Source: Octopus vulgaris
Taxonomy: Eukaryota
NCBI GenBank assembly: GCA_951406725.2
Contig: OX597823.1
Location: 118,048,001-118,112,000, forward strand
DNA length: 64,000 nt
Direction of reading: 5' to 3'
Numbering within the stretch: position 1 is the stretch's first letter; each line of letters opens with the position of its first letter. The translations under genes were made by a program, and so were the position numbers. Below are positions 1 through 13,716 of this stretch, in pieces. The notes beneath the pieces were generated by a model. It saw nothing but the letters and a program-made list of their open reading frames with translations. It was not told the DNA's origin and did no database searches.

Positions 1-1049
1 AACAAACTCTATCAATATTTTCATTTAATAATTTCTTTTATTGGTTTCAAGGGCCCAAAACGTTGAGGACGACACAAAGGCAAATTACACAAGACATCAA
101 TAAGAAACATCATGAGATTTAGATTAACTAAGAGTGAGACAAACCATGACAATAAAAACATTAACTAACAATAATAGGTAATGATAATAATGATGTTTCT
201 GTGCCTTTTAGCACTATACATCTATATGAGATACTTTCCCAAGACAAATACAGCAGTGTTGAGAGTTTTTACAGTCATCGATGTTAAGTAAGATATACTT
301 CCATTGCTCATAATGAATGTTTACCCAGCCCACCAGCTATTTGCAACACCAGTGTTTTGTTGCCCACTGTTCATCTACACCAGTAGAGGCAAAATTTGTC
401 TAAGCATGTCACTGATGATGTGCAAAGACACAGAAATCTATATTTAATAATTTCACTACTGCTGGTAAATGCTTTTCATCTGCTTCTAATGCACTTCTGT
501 GCTTTTTATCACTATACACTTATAGAAGATGCTTTCTCAAGATGAATACCACAATGTTGTGGCTTTCTACAGTATATACATGTTGAGTAAGATATACAGA
601 TTGCTATTCAGAACTATAAAAAGAATTTTAAACCAAAAAAAGAAAATATTCCTAGACATGAAGGAGCAACCACAAAGGATGATTCACCCAACACACAATC
701 CTGGATACCCTGATACTTCAAAAGACCAAAACTTTTCCCAGTTCTTGCAGCCAAGCTTACATCTGCATAGTTAATATGAACTCATTTAGCCTCACCAATT
801 TTACCCACTCTTACCTATCTTTCATAAAATTTAGTAGAGGACAGCACCTCACTGTTGACCTTCTCTCTTCTCCAAATATTAGATTGAAGAAGTTGATTTG
901 GGCTTGTTTTAGAAGAAAAGGTTTATCCTTAGATCATTCAGCTATATTCACCATATAACTTCCTTCGCCATATCCACCAAACACATAATAATGAACTAAT
1001 CTTCCCCCCTTAAGCCAGTTTTAGAAATTCTCATTACTGTTATTCATAG

Positions 1050-1235
1050 GCTGCTTCCCAACCACATGATATCAGGTACAATCCCACACTGTGTGGCAAC
1101 TTGGACATGTGTCTTCTACAATACCGCTGGGTCAGCCAAAGTCTTGTGAATAAATCTGGTAGAAGGAAAGTGGAAGAAGCTGATTGTGTGTGTGCATGTC
1201 TTTGTGTTTGTGTTTGTCCACTGCTTGACAGCCAC
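1050..1235 (+). mobile_element. SINE family A (tRNA-derived), decayed partial copy
   Basis: Matches the body of the 32518 copy (cttcccaaccacatg...tcccac...ttggacatgtgtcttctac...ttgtgaataaatctggtaga). Confidence 0.65.
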
Positions 1236-1412
1236 TTTGAGAGTTGAACTTATAAAAAATATATGAGTAGCTATCAAAATTTGTAATAATAAATGTCTCT
1301 AAACTCAGCTTAGGTCTGAATTCTTTAGCTGTAACCAAGCAAAAAATGAACAGACCCCTGTTATGCTGTTCAATAAGCAAATCCATAAATAAATAAATAA
1401 GTAAAGAAATAA

Positions 1413-1780
1413 AGGAGATGTATTCTCATAGCAAGTGACTTGATCTGAGATTGTGTGCTGAAGCAAAAACAATTGCAATGTGGAAAATGTTTATAAGCCA
1501 TTTAAAAATACACAAAAAATCGTTAGATTCCCTTCAACATTTAAATATAATTTGTGTCAAAATATTTTTGCCACTTTGAAACCATGACCTCTTCTATGAC
1601 AAAACTTTGTGCTGCATCAAAATTTCGTGCTGATACAGAACAAAGTTTTGTCAGTCAACAGGTCACAGTTTCAAAGCGACGAAAATATTTTGACACAAAT
1701 TAATTTTAAATGTTGAAGTGAATCTAACAGTTTTTTGTGTGTTCTTAAATGGCTTATAAGCATCTTCCACACTGCAATTG
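1413..1780. mobile_element. Palindromic element, family P1 (Penelope-like, hammerhead-like motif), CpG-decayed copy
   Basis: Inverted arms about 1470-1612 and 1640-1780 (caattgca...tgcaattg) plus an unpaired lead-in, also present at 37813-38149. Confidence 0.75.
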
Positions 1781-1859
1781 TAAAGAAATAAAGAGAAATA
1801 AAAAATATACATATACTCATAATCTGAGTTCTATTTTTCCTGTTTCCATCAACATAACT

Positions 1860-1955
1860 GTATGTATATATATATATATATATTTATATATGTGTGTATA
1901 TATACACAGACACACATACACATATATATGCAGCATGTATATTTATATGTATGTG

Positions 1956-2010
<55 letters not shown>
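1860..2010. repeat. (TA)n/(CA)n microsatellite
   Basis: Directly visible. Confidence 0.95.
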
Positions 2011-2634
2011 TTTGAAAAAAAATACGAAACCAGTTATTTCTCCAAAAACTATGTTACTATATACAAAATTTTCTAACATTTTTCTAACATAACAACTTAA
2101 ATATATTCTTTAACCTTGTAACACAAACCTTCTGTAGTTTTTTCATTCCTTTTTATTTTTTATACATCCAACTCCCTCACCTATATATATATATATACAT
2201 AAATAAGATGCTTCCAAATGTTGAAAATCTTCCTCAACAGTTTCTGTCTAATTCATACAAGCATAGAAAAATAGACATTAAATGATTATGAGGGGGAAGA
2301 ATAATTCAGTCAGTTTTGGCCAAACATGAGAAAGCAGATCTCAGAAGAAGAATATGAAAAAAGTTTTTTAAATACAAACAAAACAAATCAAAATACAGAT
2401 AAGTATCCTCAGAAATTGGAGAATCTTGACTAAATTTGCTACGTAAACTGAATGTATAAATATGATTAACAGTTGATCTTTCAACACAAATGGAATTAAT
2501 TAAATAATTAGTAATAGTGATGTAATAGAGATACATATACAGTAAACAAGGTGATGAATGATATTCAGGTTTTAGCTTAGCAAAACAGAAGAAAATATGT
2601 AATATATTTATATATTCTTCAATATTTAGTGCAC

Positions 2635-2642
<8 letters not shown>

Positions 2643-2665
<23 letters not shown>

Positions 2666-2856
2666 TGTGTATATGTATGTGTATATGTGTATGCAAGTGC
2701 ACATATACCTGTGTATATATGTATGTGTATATGTATGTATGTACTATGTAAGTATGTATGTATATATGTATGCATGTTTGTATGCATGTATGTATGTATG
2801 TATGTATGTATGTATGTATGTATGTATGTATCTATCTATCTATCTATCTATCTATC

Positions 2857-2885
<29 letters not shown>
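2643..2885. repeat. Compound (GT)n/(ATGT)n/(ATCT)n microsatellite
   Basis: Directly visible. Confidence 0.95.
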
Positions 2886-2890
<5 letters not shown>

Positions 2891-3039
2891 CAAAGTTTAG
2901 GCTAGTCAAAATGTGTTTGTGACATATTTCAACTTCTCACATTTTTAGTTCAGGTGTGCTACCAAATTTTGAAAAGAATATAAGTGTTCCACAAGTGAAA
3001 AAAGGTTGCAGAGCACTGTTCTAGAAGGATGAAATATTC

Positions 3040-3360
3040 AGTTGTAAGCCATGCGTGTTTTAACAAGTCCAGCACCTTCTTATAAAGCCCATGTAGCCAA
3101 CATTGGATGCCAGACAACTCTTATGATTATGTAACACCAAACTTGTGGCTTCCAAACTTGCCAGATTTAAATCCCATAGGCTACTACATTTGGAGCACTG
3201 TTGAAAGAGAGGTCAATCAACATCCTCAAATATACCTTCACAGAAAGCCACCATTGTCCAGATGGTGTCCGATATGAATAAAGACTACTTAGTGCAGGCA
3301 TGTCAGTGACTCCAGTGCCACATTAAAGCAGTCATCAAATTTGAAGGCAGATTCATAGAA
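3040..3360 (+). mobile_element. Tc1/mariner-superfamily transposase remnant (DD37D/maT-like C-terminus)
   Basis: Manual translation gives KPCVF*Q..APSYKAH, YDYVTPNLWLPNLPDLNPIGYYIWSTVEREVNQHP and KATIVQMVSDMNKDYLVQACQ*LQCHIKAVIKFEGRFIE, matching the QQDSAPxH / WPPxSPDLNPLDYxVW pattern. Contains stops and frameshifts. Confidence 0.8.
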
Positions 3361-3739
3361 GTATCTTATTGAGAACATGTGTACAAATTTTCATTAAAAT
3401 ACATTTTGCATTTGTTAGGTTAGAGTTTTATTAAATTACCAAATATATCCTCAAATACCCTTTGCACCTTACTCCTTTGATTTGTGTGTGTGTGTGTGTA
3501 CATGCATGTATAGGTGCATGTATGTCATTGTGGTTTAGTGGCATGAAGTGAAGCAGGCCTTTTGGTCTACTAAAGAAAACACCTAGTACTCAAGCACTCA
3601 AACAAACTGAGTCCTCAACTTGTTCCATTTGCCAAAAATCTTGCAAAACACCAGCAGGCCTCAAGGGACACATTCATGTCCATAGAATCCTCATTTGTCA
3701 TTCACAGCAAGAGAATCCATTATCATATATATATATATA

Positions 3740-4940
3740 AACTTGGAGTCAACAAGAAAGAGTATGGTTGGACGTTTATTTTTTAATCACTACAATTGTT
3801 TCCATGCAACATAGTTCTCCAGGCATGCAGGTACTTGATTATACAACTGTTTCCCTGTAAATATTGTCTCCGTAACTTCAAATTCTTGGCTTCAAAAACA
3901 TCCTCTTTGTCTGTTGGGGCCTGAATTTAGTAGTAGTAACCGAGTTTATCAAGGAGTGTTGTTGCTGAAGGACGATTGGAAAACTGCTTTGAATGTGTAG
4001 ATGTAGTGATAATAACAATTGGTGTCCTGTATATACATATAGATATACATATACATATAGATGTAGGTACGTACATATATGTATGTATATATGCATATGT
4101 TTTTATTTATTATTTTGTTATTATATGATGGAACGCTACGCATCCTTTTCCAAGTAAGCTTTATCTTAATAATAATAATGCGCACTCTTAACCTTTCTGT
4201 CCCCCTCCCTCTCTCATTCTTCATTCTTTCTGGTTTTCTATACCACCCTTTCCTTTTTTCTAACCTTACTGTCCCTCTCTCACATTCTTCATTCTTTCTG
4301 GTTTTCTCTGCAACCCTTCCCTTTTTTCTCTCCCTTTCTCTTACTCCTCCTCCTCCCTCTCGTCGCTGACACGTGACCAGAGGGCCACTGTCTTTCTGAC
4401 TACTGCCTCCAACAAGTATAGACGGCCTTTTCTATTCCCTCTCTCAAGCCATTCTCAAAGCGTTCAAAATAATATTTCGTTTCGTTCAGGCTTAACAGCC
4501 CTTACTGTTTGTGTTGCTGTTATTCTCCTTGTGCTGTCTTTTACTGTTTTTTATTTGTATTGTTTTTACTGTCCTGTTTTTGTTACCACTTTTACCCCTC
4601 TGCAAAAAATCCCAAATTTTATTTAATTTGCTTTGTGGGAAGGACTGTTTCACCGAAGTCGTGTCTCGTCTTTACCTTCGAAACACGGAGTAGACGAAAC
4701 AGGGAGAACTGAAGAAGGGGAATCTTCCTTGTGTTGTATGTCTTGTACTCTATTTTTTCATTGTTTAAAAAAATGTCCATTTCCTTAGTTTTGTTTTTAT
4801 GTTTTCGTTTCTCATTGTGTTCGACGTTTTTTTGGTGTCCTGTACCCATATATGCATGTATATATACATGTAGATGTAGGTATGTACATATATGTATGTA
4901 TATAGACATATGTTTTATTTATTATTTTGTTATTATATAC
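3740..4940. repeat. Unclassified repeat with about 100-bp direct repeats (possibly Penelope-like, non-autonomous)
   Basis: 4021-4125 is repeated at 4834-4937 (ggtgtcctgta...tagatgtaggta...tttatttattattttgttattata), and the block is flanked by (TA)n. Confidence 0.4.
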
Positions 4941-5129
4941 ATATATATATATAATTACTCACAGGTAGATGGATAGTTAATATACACACATACAAGAATA
5001 TATGTATATAAACATATGCCTATGTACATATATGCATGTGTCCATACACATAAATAATAACGGAAGCACAAACATACATAAATAGAAAGTGAGAACAAAA
5101 ACACATAAAATTTTATCTATAAACACCTA

Positions 5130-5131
<2 letters not shown>

Positions 5132-5208
<77 letters not shown>
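5132..5208. repeat. (GT)n microsatellite
   Basis: Pure tract, directly visible. Confidence 0.97.
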
Positions 5209-5210
<2 letters not shown>

Positions 5211-5976
5211 ATGCATAAATAGATTGTTTGTAGATAAAACTAATCTGTTTCTAGTTCCCACTTTCTGTTTATTTACAAATGTATAATGTCAGAGTGTGTA
5301 CGTCTGTACTTGTCTTTGTCATTATGTAGGTGTATGTGCACATGTGTACATGTTACATATACATGTGCATTTGTATACATAAACACACATAGGGACTCAC
5401 CCAATAATTTTTATGCATGCATGTAGGGGAGTGGGTGTGTGTGTGTGTGTGTGTGCACGTGTGTGTACTTATATGTAAAATGTATTTTGCTTGTTTCTTT
5501 ACTGGAGAATATCCAACTGAATTCCTCATTCTGTATCAGGAATGTTATTCCCCACTGTAATTTCATTGAAGTAAATATTCCATTTAGGATAGGCCAGGAT
5601 GGAGCTCATGCTCCTAGTCCTCCACCTCCACTTCCTCCTCCTCCTCCTCATCATCATCACCACAAACCACCACCATCGTTGTCGTCATCATCATTACTAC
5701 CACCACTACCCTACTACCATCACTATCAGCATCACCACAACCACTTTAATTCTTTGTCTGACTTGTGCAGCATCATGCATTAATCTGTTCATACCTGACA
5801 TATTTGTCTCTGGGTGGCAAAAATTTTCTTTGGATTCCTTGGACAGTTTCTATAGTTAGTCAGTTTTTATGACCAAAAGTTGTTAGTTCTTAGCTCAAAC
5901 TTACTCATTTACTTAGACTTAGGACTGACTAACATTTTCAGTCAAATAACAACCAATAATTGGATATAATTGATAA

Positions 5977-6007
<31 letters not shown>

Positions 6008-6992
6008 GAGAGAGAGACAGACAGAGACAGAGACACAGAGGGAGACAGACAGAGAGAATTGCCCCAGTACTTAGGTGTTACTTCATTTTATCAATTCGAA
6101 AAGCATGAAAAGTAAAATTGATCTCAGTGAATTTTGAATCCAGAATCATCATTTTGTGCCTGTTTTTCCATGTTTGCATGCACTTAATATGTATTCTTCA
6201 GTACAGTAGTTGTGGTGGTCATTTGTGATGTCCTTTTTGAAGTTTAGCATCCACTTCTTTTCATGTCTTCTTTAGTGTTCCTCTCCTACAAGTTCCTTCT
6301 ACTTGGATTCCTTGTCACTTTTTTTACACATGCACATCACATCTGTGTACCAGCTCAGTTTTCTCTCTTGTACACTACTATAGCTTGGTTAAGCTACACA
6401 CAAAAACAACCAGTAACAAGATGTGTTGGTGTATTATTTATTTTTGCTTCATTCAGCTACCTACTGTGAGGGCCGACCCTCCAATATCTCAGTCTCCTTT
6501 CTTGCCTAACCAGAAGTCCCCTTGTTTTGCAAACTAGCTCACTACTAGTTAGCCCATAGTGAAGTTCTTGTCTACAGTTCATCTACAGTCTTTGGGCAGT
6601 GCCCTACACTACATCTATTTCCTCTAATACCTGAATTTTTCTTTCTCAACTCATTTGTATGTTGTCATTCATGCACACTAACTCTGAGTAGAGCACACTT
6701 GCCTAATTTCTCTCCAACCTTCAGACATCCATTACATTCAACATTTTGCTATTAAGCAACATCAAATTTCAGACACAAGCTTGCTCTCTTCTTGAAAAGA
6801 GAGAATCCTTACATTGTCAGTAGTGGTAAAAGTTCTTTGAACTTCTCTCTCTTCAGTCATATTTGTCAAAATAGGATGTGGATATTCGTGTTTGACTGGT
6901 GACCAAGAGAGAGAACATTTATACAATTTGAAGCAGTTAAGGGGGAGCCTTTATAATAATAAAAATATCAGAAATAATAATTAGTTGCTTAG

Positions 6993-7210
6993 TTTAGGCT
7001 TTTAGTTTAAACCAGCCATAGCCAGTCAAAATATCCTACCTGTTCAATTCAGCTATATCCTGCCTTTCATTCTTTGTCCAAATGTCATTGTAAATATAAA
7101 CAATTACATCATCAAAATCTTGAAACTACAAGATAATCCATGGTTCATTCAAAACAACGTGAACAAATATGTATTACAATTGACAGAGGAGTCTGAATGC
7201 TAAAGGTTTA
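6993..7210. mobile_element. Decayed MITE, possibly piggyBac-like (TTAA end)
   Basis: Ends ...gtctgaatgctaaaggtttaa. A related reverse-complement end occurs at 56149-56265 (ttaaacccttagccttcagattactttgtcaaat). Confidence 0.4.
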
Positions 7211-7499
7211 AAGAGCAGTAAATTCTTTGAGAAACAAGGAACAATACAGCACTTTCATGAGGTGTCAGTTTTGACAATAATCAATTACTTCCCTGAGTTA
7301 ATCTTTTGATGAAGCTACCAGGAGAAAGATATATATGGATTGATTGAGAGAAAGAAATTGCTTGCTACCAAAAGAGAGAGAGAGAAAAAAAACATTATAA
7401 TCATTTGCACATTGAGTTTGTATGATGACTAACAGAGTAAATAAATACTTCTAAACAATTATGGGAAACTGGAAAGAGGCTGATTACACTGACACCACT

Positions 7500-7630
7500 G
7501 CTCATCATCTCCGAAAGGATGAAAGAAAAAAAATCAACATTGGTAGAATTTGAACTCAGAACGTAAGACTGGCAAAATGCTACAAAGCATTTTTGTCCAG
7601 TGTGCTAATTGCTCTGCCAGCCCGCTACTT
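7500..7630 (-). mobile_element. SINE family B, decayed
   Basis: ccgaaaggatgaaag...agaatttgaactcagaacgtaa...tctgccagcccgc is the reverse complement of the family B head. Confidence 0.6.
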
Positions 7631-7794
7631 TGGAAACTCTTAATAATAATGAAAAAAACACAATGATTATGAGTGTGCAAACTTTAAGTTAGAACACTCA
7701 CTCGCTCATAGTGAGAAATAAGATGCTATGTTTATGAGCTGTCATTACTGAAGATGGCATCTTGGGTGAAGCTGAGGAATCAATGAAGGAGATT

Positions 7795-7982
7795 CTTCTT
7801 GGTCACATGATCTGCTAGAAATAACTGAAGTATACAAATCTTACAAACCATATACATCTTTAAAATGGCAGGACACATTAGACAATGTTGTTCTAGATGT
7901 AGAAAAGACACAACTCTCAAGGCGTTGATCATATGTATGCTTAATTAGGAAATCATGACTGACCTGGGGTTAAACAACAATG
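7795..7982 (+). repeat. Old interspersed repeat (SINE-like 3' part); related copies near 29845-29975, 40495-40685 and 62515-62665
   Basis: Shared motif order ggtcac..tgctagaaata(g/a)c...gacacatt(a/g)ga...ggg(g)ttaaaca. Confidence 0.5.
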
Positions 7983-8112
7983 ATGTAACAAATGAGAGTT
8001 TGTGGGTTTGTACCTTCTATAAACCCTCAGAAATGGATTCAGCTCCTACAAACCCTTTCATTACTGTATTATTTTGAGATGCTGTTTTTCTCTCAATTAT
8101 TTTAAATATAAC

Positions 8113-8290
8113 AATGATGATGGTGATGATGATAATGATGATGAGAAGGAGGAGGAGGAGGAGGAGGAGGAGGGGGAGGGGGAGAAGGAGGAGGAGAAGG
8201 AGGAGGAAGAGAGGGAGCAGGAGGAAGAGAGGGAGGAGCAGGAGGAAGAGGAGGACAACAACAACGACGATAATAACGACAATGATGAAT
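8113..8290. repeat. (GAT)n/(GAG)n/(AAC)n trinucleotide tract
   Basis: Directly visible; explains the poly-E/poly-S ORFs. Confidence 0.9.
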
Positions 8291-8572
8291 TAAAAAGATC
8301 TACTGCTTCATAACTTGAATTTACATTATTATGACGGATAGCAAATTGCAGATACATACAACCTCTAAAAAATATCAGTCTTCTATAATGAAAAGAAGAG
8401 AAATGTTACCGCTTCATCTTGCTAAATCTGATAAACAATAGCATTCACAACTTCAAACTCAGTTGAAAAATTATAAATTTGAGCATCTTACACACTAATG
8501 CGTCAAAACATTATGAAACCATATTTATCCAGCATACAAGTTGACATAATATATACTGTAAACATCTAGTGC

Positions 8573-8766
8573 TCTTTTACTCTTTTACTTGTTTCAGTCT
8601 TGTGATTGTGGCCATGCTGGAGCACCGCCTTTAGTCAAGCAAATCGCCCCCAGGATTTATTCTTTGTAAGTCTCTTTTGCTGAACCGCTAAGTTACGGGG
8701 ACATAAACACACTACCATCGATTGTCAAGCGATGTTGGGGGGACAAACACAGACACACAAACATAT

Positions 8767-8811
<45 letters not shown>

Positions 8812-8975
8812 CGACGGGCTTCTTTCAGTTTCTGTCCACCAAATCCACTCACAAGGCTTTGGTCAGCCCGAGGATATAGTAGAAGGCACTTGCCCAAGGC
8901 ACCACGCAGTGGGACTGAACCCGAACCCATGTGGTTCATAAGCAAGCTACTTACCACACAGCCACCCCTACGCCT
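8573..8975 (-). mobile_element. SINE family A, near full length
   Basis: Reverse complement of the 32518 copy, from the tail (ctcttttact)x2 to the head ...cttaccacacagccac. Confidence 0.9.
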
Positions 8976-9464
8976 ATAGAGTAAAACATTCAAACACCAT
9001 AACTATCTTTCCACATTCTGCTGCTTTTCACATGAAAGTTTTAGAACTCCAAAGTCATTTTGGTGTAGAAATTGATCTACCTTTCTTTTGGCTGTAAGTT
9101 TAGGTCTGAAATATTCAACTTCTACGTTGGGATATATGGCCTGTGAATTACTAAGAAATATCTTATTGTAACAGACGAAAAAACTAGCTAAATAGTAGGT
9201 TAAAATTTTTACAAAACGGAGACATTTTAGTAGATTACAACTGGGTGTTAGCACCTGATTCAAGTGATGGCCTCATGATGAAGATTTAAAAAAAGGAAGG
9301 TGGAAAGTTATAGCTACCAGATGTTCGTATATTGCTCTTCTGTATTCTTCACATTCAATAATTTGCTTCAAGTAAAGATATTTCTCAAACAACTCAAACT
9401 TGGTTGTAGCCTGTGATGGTTACACATTTTGTGTTAAAATATATAAGCATTTTACATGACTTTA

Positions 9465-9512
9465 GGCACACACACACACACATATATCTATGTATGTGTG
9501 TATGTGTGTACG

Positions 9513-9556
<44 letters not shown>

Positions 9557-9609
9557 CATACATACATACATATGCATATACATACATATACACACATACA
9601 TATATACTA

Positions 9610-9644
<35 letters not shown>

Positions 9645-9678
9645 ACACAAACACACATATATACATACATATGTATAA

Positions 9679-9711
<33 letters not shown>

Positions 9712-9920
9712 CAAACATATATATATGCATATACATACATATATACAAACACACACACACACACATATATAAGTATGTATACACAAAAAAACACACATAC
9801 ACACATATATATCACAAATATATATATATACATATACACACATACATATGTATGCATGCATATTTGTGTGTGTGTGTGTTTGTGTCTGTACATGTAGATG
9901 TACGTGTGCGTGTGTATATG
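9465..9920. repeat. Compound TA/CA/TACA microsatellite block
   Basis: Directly visible. Confidence 0.95.
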
Positions 9921-10225
9921 TGTTTTTATTAATTTGCTGCTTGTATCTGACATTTTCCTTCACTGGCAGTTCGTTGCGCACAAATCTAATTGGATGTTTA
10001 CAACATGATACCATCCCTACCAAATGCTGTTAAATAACTTGCACCTCAAATATAATTCATTGCTGATTGGCTTTGTCAGCATGATAAAGTAATTATCTTC
10101 AACTATCATGTGATGATGATGATGATTTCTTTTATTTGCCACCAGGGCAGGATGAGGAAGACAATACAAAGACAGAGATAAAGTGTGGGGGTTTACAAAT
10201 AATGAGACGATAAAAAAAAAGAAAC

Positions 10226-10229
<4 letters not shown>

Positions 10230-10291
<62 letters not shown>

Positions 10292-10370
10292 GTATGTATT
10301 TATGTGTGTATGTATGTATGTATGTGTGTGTGTATGTATGTATGTGTGTGTGCGTGTGTATGTATGTATG
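10230..10370. repeat. (TA)n-(TATG)n microsatellite
   Basis: Directly visible. Confidence 0.95.
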
Positions 10371-10754
10371 TTTAGAAAGTATACACAGTAGACAATAAAA
10401 CAAAGAAAGGAACCATACACAGTATACAACAGTAAAAAAAAAGAAGGGAAGAAAAAGAAAGCAAGAAAAAACGGTTGATAGGGGTGTGGTCCTGATACAA
10501 GAAGACCTCTAGGGATAATCAAGTAACCCCAGAAATCATCAAGACAGATGACATTACTATCTCATCTCATATGGTATTCAATGAGTTGAGCTTCCATGTT
10601 GAGATAGTCAGCTTTTCCAGAATATCTGTATCGGGTGTAAAAGATTTCCAGCAGACATTAAATATATGCTTTAGATTCTTCTATTGAAATCTTTTGAATA
10701 TGGTGATGTGTCTTCAGTATAGTGTCCATGTCTCTGATGAATATCCATGTATTT

Positions 10755-10990
10755 GAAGGCGGTGAGCTGGCAGAAACGTTAGCAAGCTGGGTGAAATGCT
10801 TAGCGATATTTCGTCTGTCTTTACGTTCTGAGTTCAAATTCCGCCGAGGTCGACTTTGCCTTTCATCCTTTCGGGGTCAATTAAATAAGTACCAGTTATG
10901 CACTGGAGTCGATGTAATCGACTTAATCTGTTTGTCTGTCCTTGTTTGTCCCCTCTGTGTGTAGCCCCTTGTGGGCAGCAAAGAAATAAG
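10755..10990 (+). mobile_element. SINE family B with TSD
   Basis: Head gaaggcggtgagctggcagaa, B-box-like gagttcaaatt, core cctttcatcctttcggggtc. Flanked by atatc(c/t)atgtattt on both sides. Confidence 0.9.
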
Positions 10991-12007
10991 GATATCTATG
11001 TATTTATGACACAAGCATCAGAAATGCAAAGCTTGGTGGGCAGTTTCAAGTCCCTATCTTACCAGAGTCAGTTCTCTAGAGTGCTAACAAAGTCTTCTCA
11101 ATTCTAGATTGAGAAACAAATTATTCTCTGTCATATCTCTACGACCCCACCTCTTTTTTTCAAAGTAAAGATAAACGCCTTTTAATTGTGATAATGAATC
11201 AAGAGGTTTAGTCCTTACTGCCAAAATTCATTTCAGAATTTCAGAATCTAGAAGTCCATCCTTAGGGACATAGCTACCAAGTTCCACGAAAGAATCCACT
11301 ACATCTAATTTGGATGCCTTGGATAAATATATTTGGTTTCACATATCTCTTTCCTGAAACAGGTGCAAATGACACCATAGTTTTCTTCAGACTTATTGTT
11401 AGTTCAAAAGCGAAAAAGACACTGCAGAAAAGCTACATTATTTCCTGAATATTTTGTTCTAAGTGAGCCACAAGAATACAATTGTCAGCATACAAAAGAG
11501 TGGAAACTACAATTATAATGATTTTATATTTATCTTCAAAACAATTCCAATTAAACAATCTACATCTTCTGTGATAGCAAACAAAGATGCCTAAATCTTA
11601 AATTGTAAAAACTGGAAAAATTCAAAAAGTTCAAAACTTCTGCTTTCTTGTTGATATGTTCAACCCATGCCAGCAAGGTAAGAGTAGATCTAAATAGGAT
11701 GATGATGATGATGATGACGACGACAATGATGATGAAGGTGGTGGTGGTGGTGGTGGTGGTGATAATTACTTGTGTGTGTGTGAGTAAAGACATTTTTAAT
11801 GCATCTTTCAAGCAGTATTTTCTGTGAACATTCCCACCTGTTTCTCTTTTACACCAAGGAAGTATAATTCATTAAGACAAGAAGACTTACAGACAATTAT
11901 TCCTCGATATAGAAGTTTGAATTTTTCTCAAAATTCTTCAAATCTGCTGTTCTTGGACATAACGAATATTAATGTTTGACATATATATATATATATATAT
12001 ATATATA

Positions 12008-12700
12008 CTAGCCTAAGTACACGTTGCTCAGAAGTTTAAAGGATGTTAAAGGAAATAAATATATTTATTCTGATAAAAAGATATTTTCAGAAAAATTCTA
12101 TCAGATGACGTGAGTATAAACAAAATTATTAAAACAAATCCTGAAATCAATCACAATTTTAATTTTGTAGAACTTCTAAATATACAATGTTTTCAGTGTC
12201 CTTTAATTGGTGTACAAAGAAAAAGAGTTTTGGGATTTCCAACTTGCAAACATCCTACATATAATTGCCCATGAGAGAAGCAACAAGAAGCAAGGTTAAG
12301 TCCAACAGCGTTGAGAGATTGTGCTTGAGATTTGCTTATGGACATAGCAAAACTGAGAACTGGAGCTGTTTAAATTCATAGGGGAGGTCAGATGGGATTA
12401 ATGGGATCCATGGAATGAAGACATCACCTTTGTATTTTCCAAGAGAAATGAATTTTGGCAGTAAGGACTAAACCTCTTGATTCATTATCACAATTAAAAG
12501 GCGTTTATCTTTACCTTGAAAAAAAGAGGTGGGGTTGTAGAGATATGACAGAGAATTATTCAATATCATGTTTATGTCTATCAGAATCGTTTACCTTTAA
12601 AGCAAAATTGACGTAATTTCCAGGCAGCCAAATTTGGTACAGATTGATCTAGTGGTTTGGCTGTGCATAGAAGAAACACACACATATACACTGACAGTAA
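12008..12700 (-). mobile_element. Internally deleted Helitron retaining the C-terminus of the RepHel Pif1-like helicase
   Basis: Minus strand about 12440-12160 reads GKYKGDVFIPWIPLIPSDLPYEFKQLQF / FAMSISKSQAQSLNAVGLNLASCCFSHGQLYVGCLQVGNPK..ENIVYLEVL. The 3' end CTAG|T is at 12008-12011. A partial second copy of the non-coding part lies at about 12957-13090. Confidence 0.85.
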
Positions 12701-13121
12701 GAATAAAAGTGAAACTATAGTGTTATGAAAAGTGAAACTATTATACCACTGCAAAAAAAAAAATCAGAAGTGTCATATAGTGGGGCTATGAACAATTACT
12801 TGAATAACTCATGTCAGTATCTCTAACTTATGTCAGAGGAATATTGAACTTTAAAATCTATAAAGTTTATTGTATAAATTGAAAGATATCCTACAGTGTA
12901 TAAGTGTGTATCCATATGAAGACCTTTTGTTATTTAGAAACTTTACTGTTTTTCTTTAAACCTCTTGTTTCATTATTACAATTAAAATGCATTTCAGAAT
13001 CATTTACCTTTAAAGCAGAAAGACCAACATAATTTCCAGACAGGTACAGATTTGGTACAGGTTGATCAAGTGGTTTGGCTATGCATATATATATAGTATA
13101 CAGTCTATATAATCTATTTTT

Positions 13122-13495
13122 TTACTCGTTTTAGTCATAAGACTGCAGCCATGCTGGGGAAACACCTCAAAAATTTTAGTTGGACAAATCAATCCCTGTA
13201 CTTGTTTATTTTGCCTTTTCTTCTTAAGCCTAGTATAATTCTATTGGTCTCTTTTGCTGAACCACAAAGTTACTGTGACATAGATGCACCAACCCTGTCG
13301 AGTACTAGGGGAGAAATACACACACACACTCACACATGAATGGTTTCTTTCAGTTCCCATCTACCGAATCCAGTCACAAGGATTTGGTTGGCCGGAGGTT
13401 ATAGTAGAAGACATTTGCACAAGTGTCACACAGTGGGACTGAACCTGAAATTGTGTGGTTGGAAAGCAAACTTTTTAGCACACAGGTACACCTGT
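13122..13495 (-). mobile_element. SINE family A, decayed
   Basis: Collinear with the 8573 and 37068 copies. Confidence 0.75.
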
Positions 13496-13506
13496 ATATA
13501 TGTGTG

Positions 13507-13566
<60 letters not shown>

Positions 13567-13716
13567 TGTGTGTGTATAAAAGAATAAAAGAATATATATA
13601 CATACACATACATTTTTGTCATCTTTTAAGATGATTTATAGTGATTTATAGTGATTTATTGTGATTAGATGTTTGTGCTGTACATGAACTCATTCTCTCC
13701 ACCAAATCAGCCCTTT

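Noticed and set aside
4670-4730. CTGAAGA and CGAAAC motifs suggesting a hammerhead
   Set aside because: The order and pairing do not give a consistent three-stem fold.
8074-8357. Acidic poly-Glu / poly-Ser ORFs
   Set aside because: Trinucleotide repeat only, with no supporting complex coding sequence.
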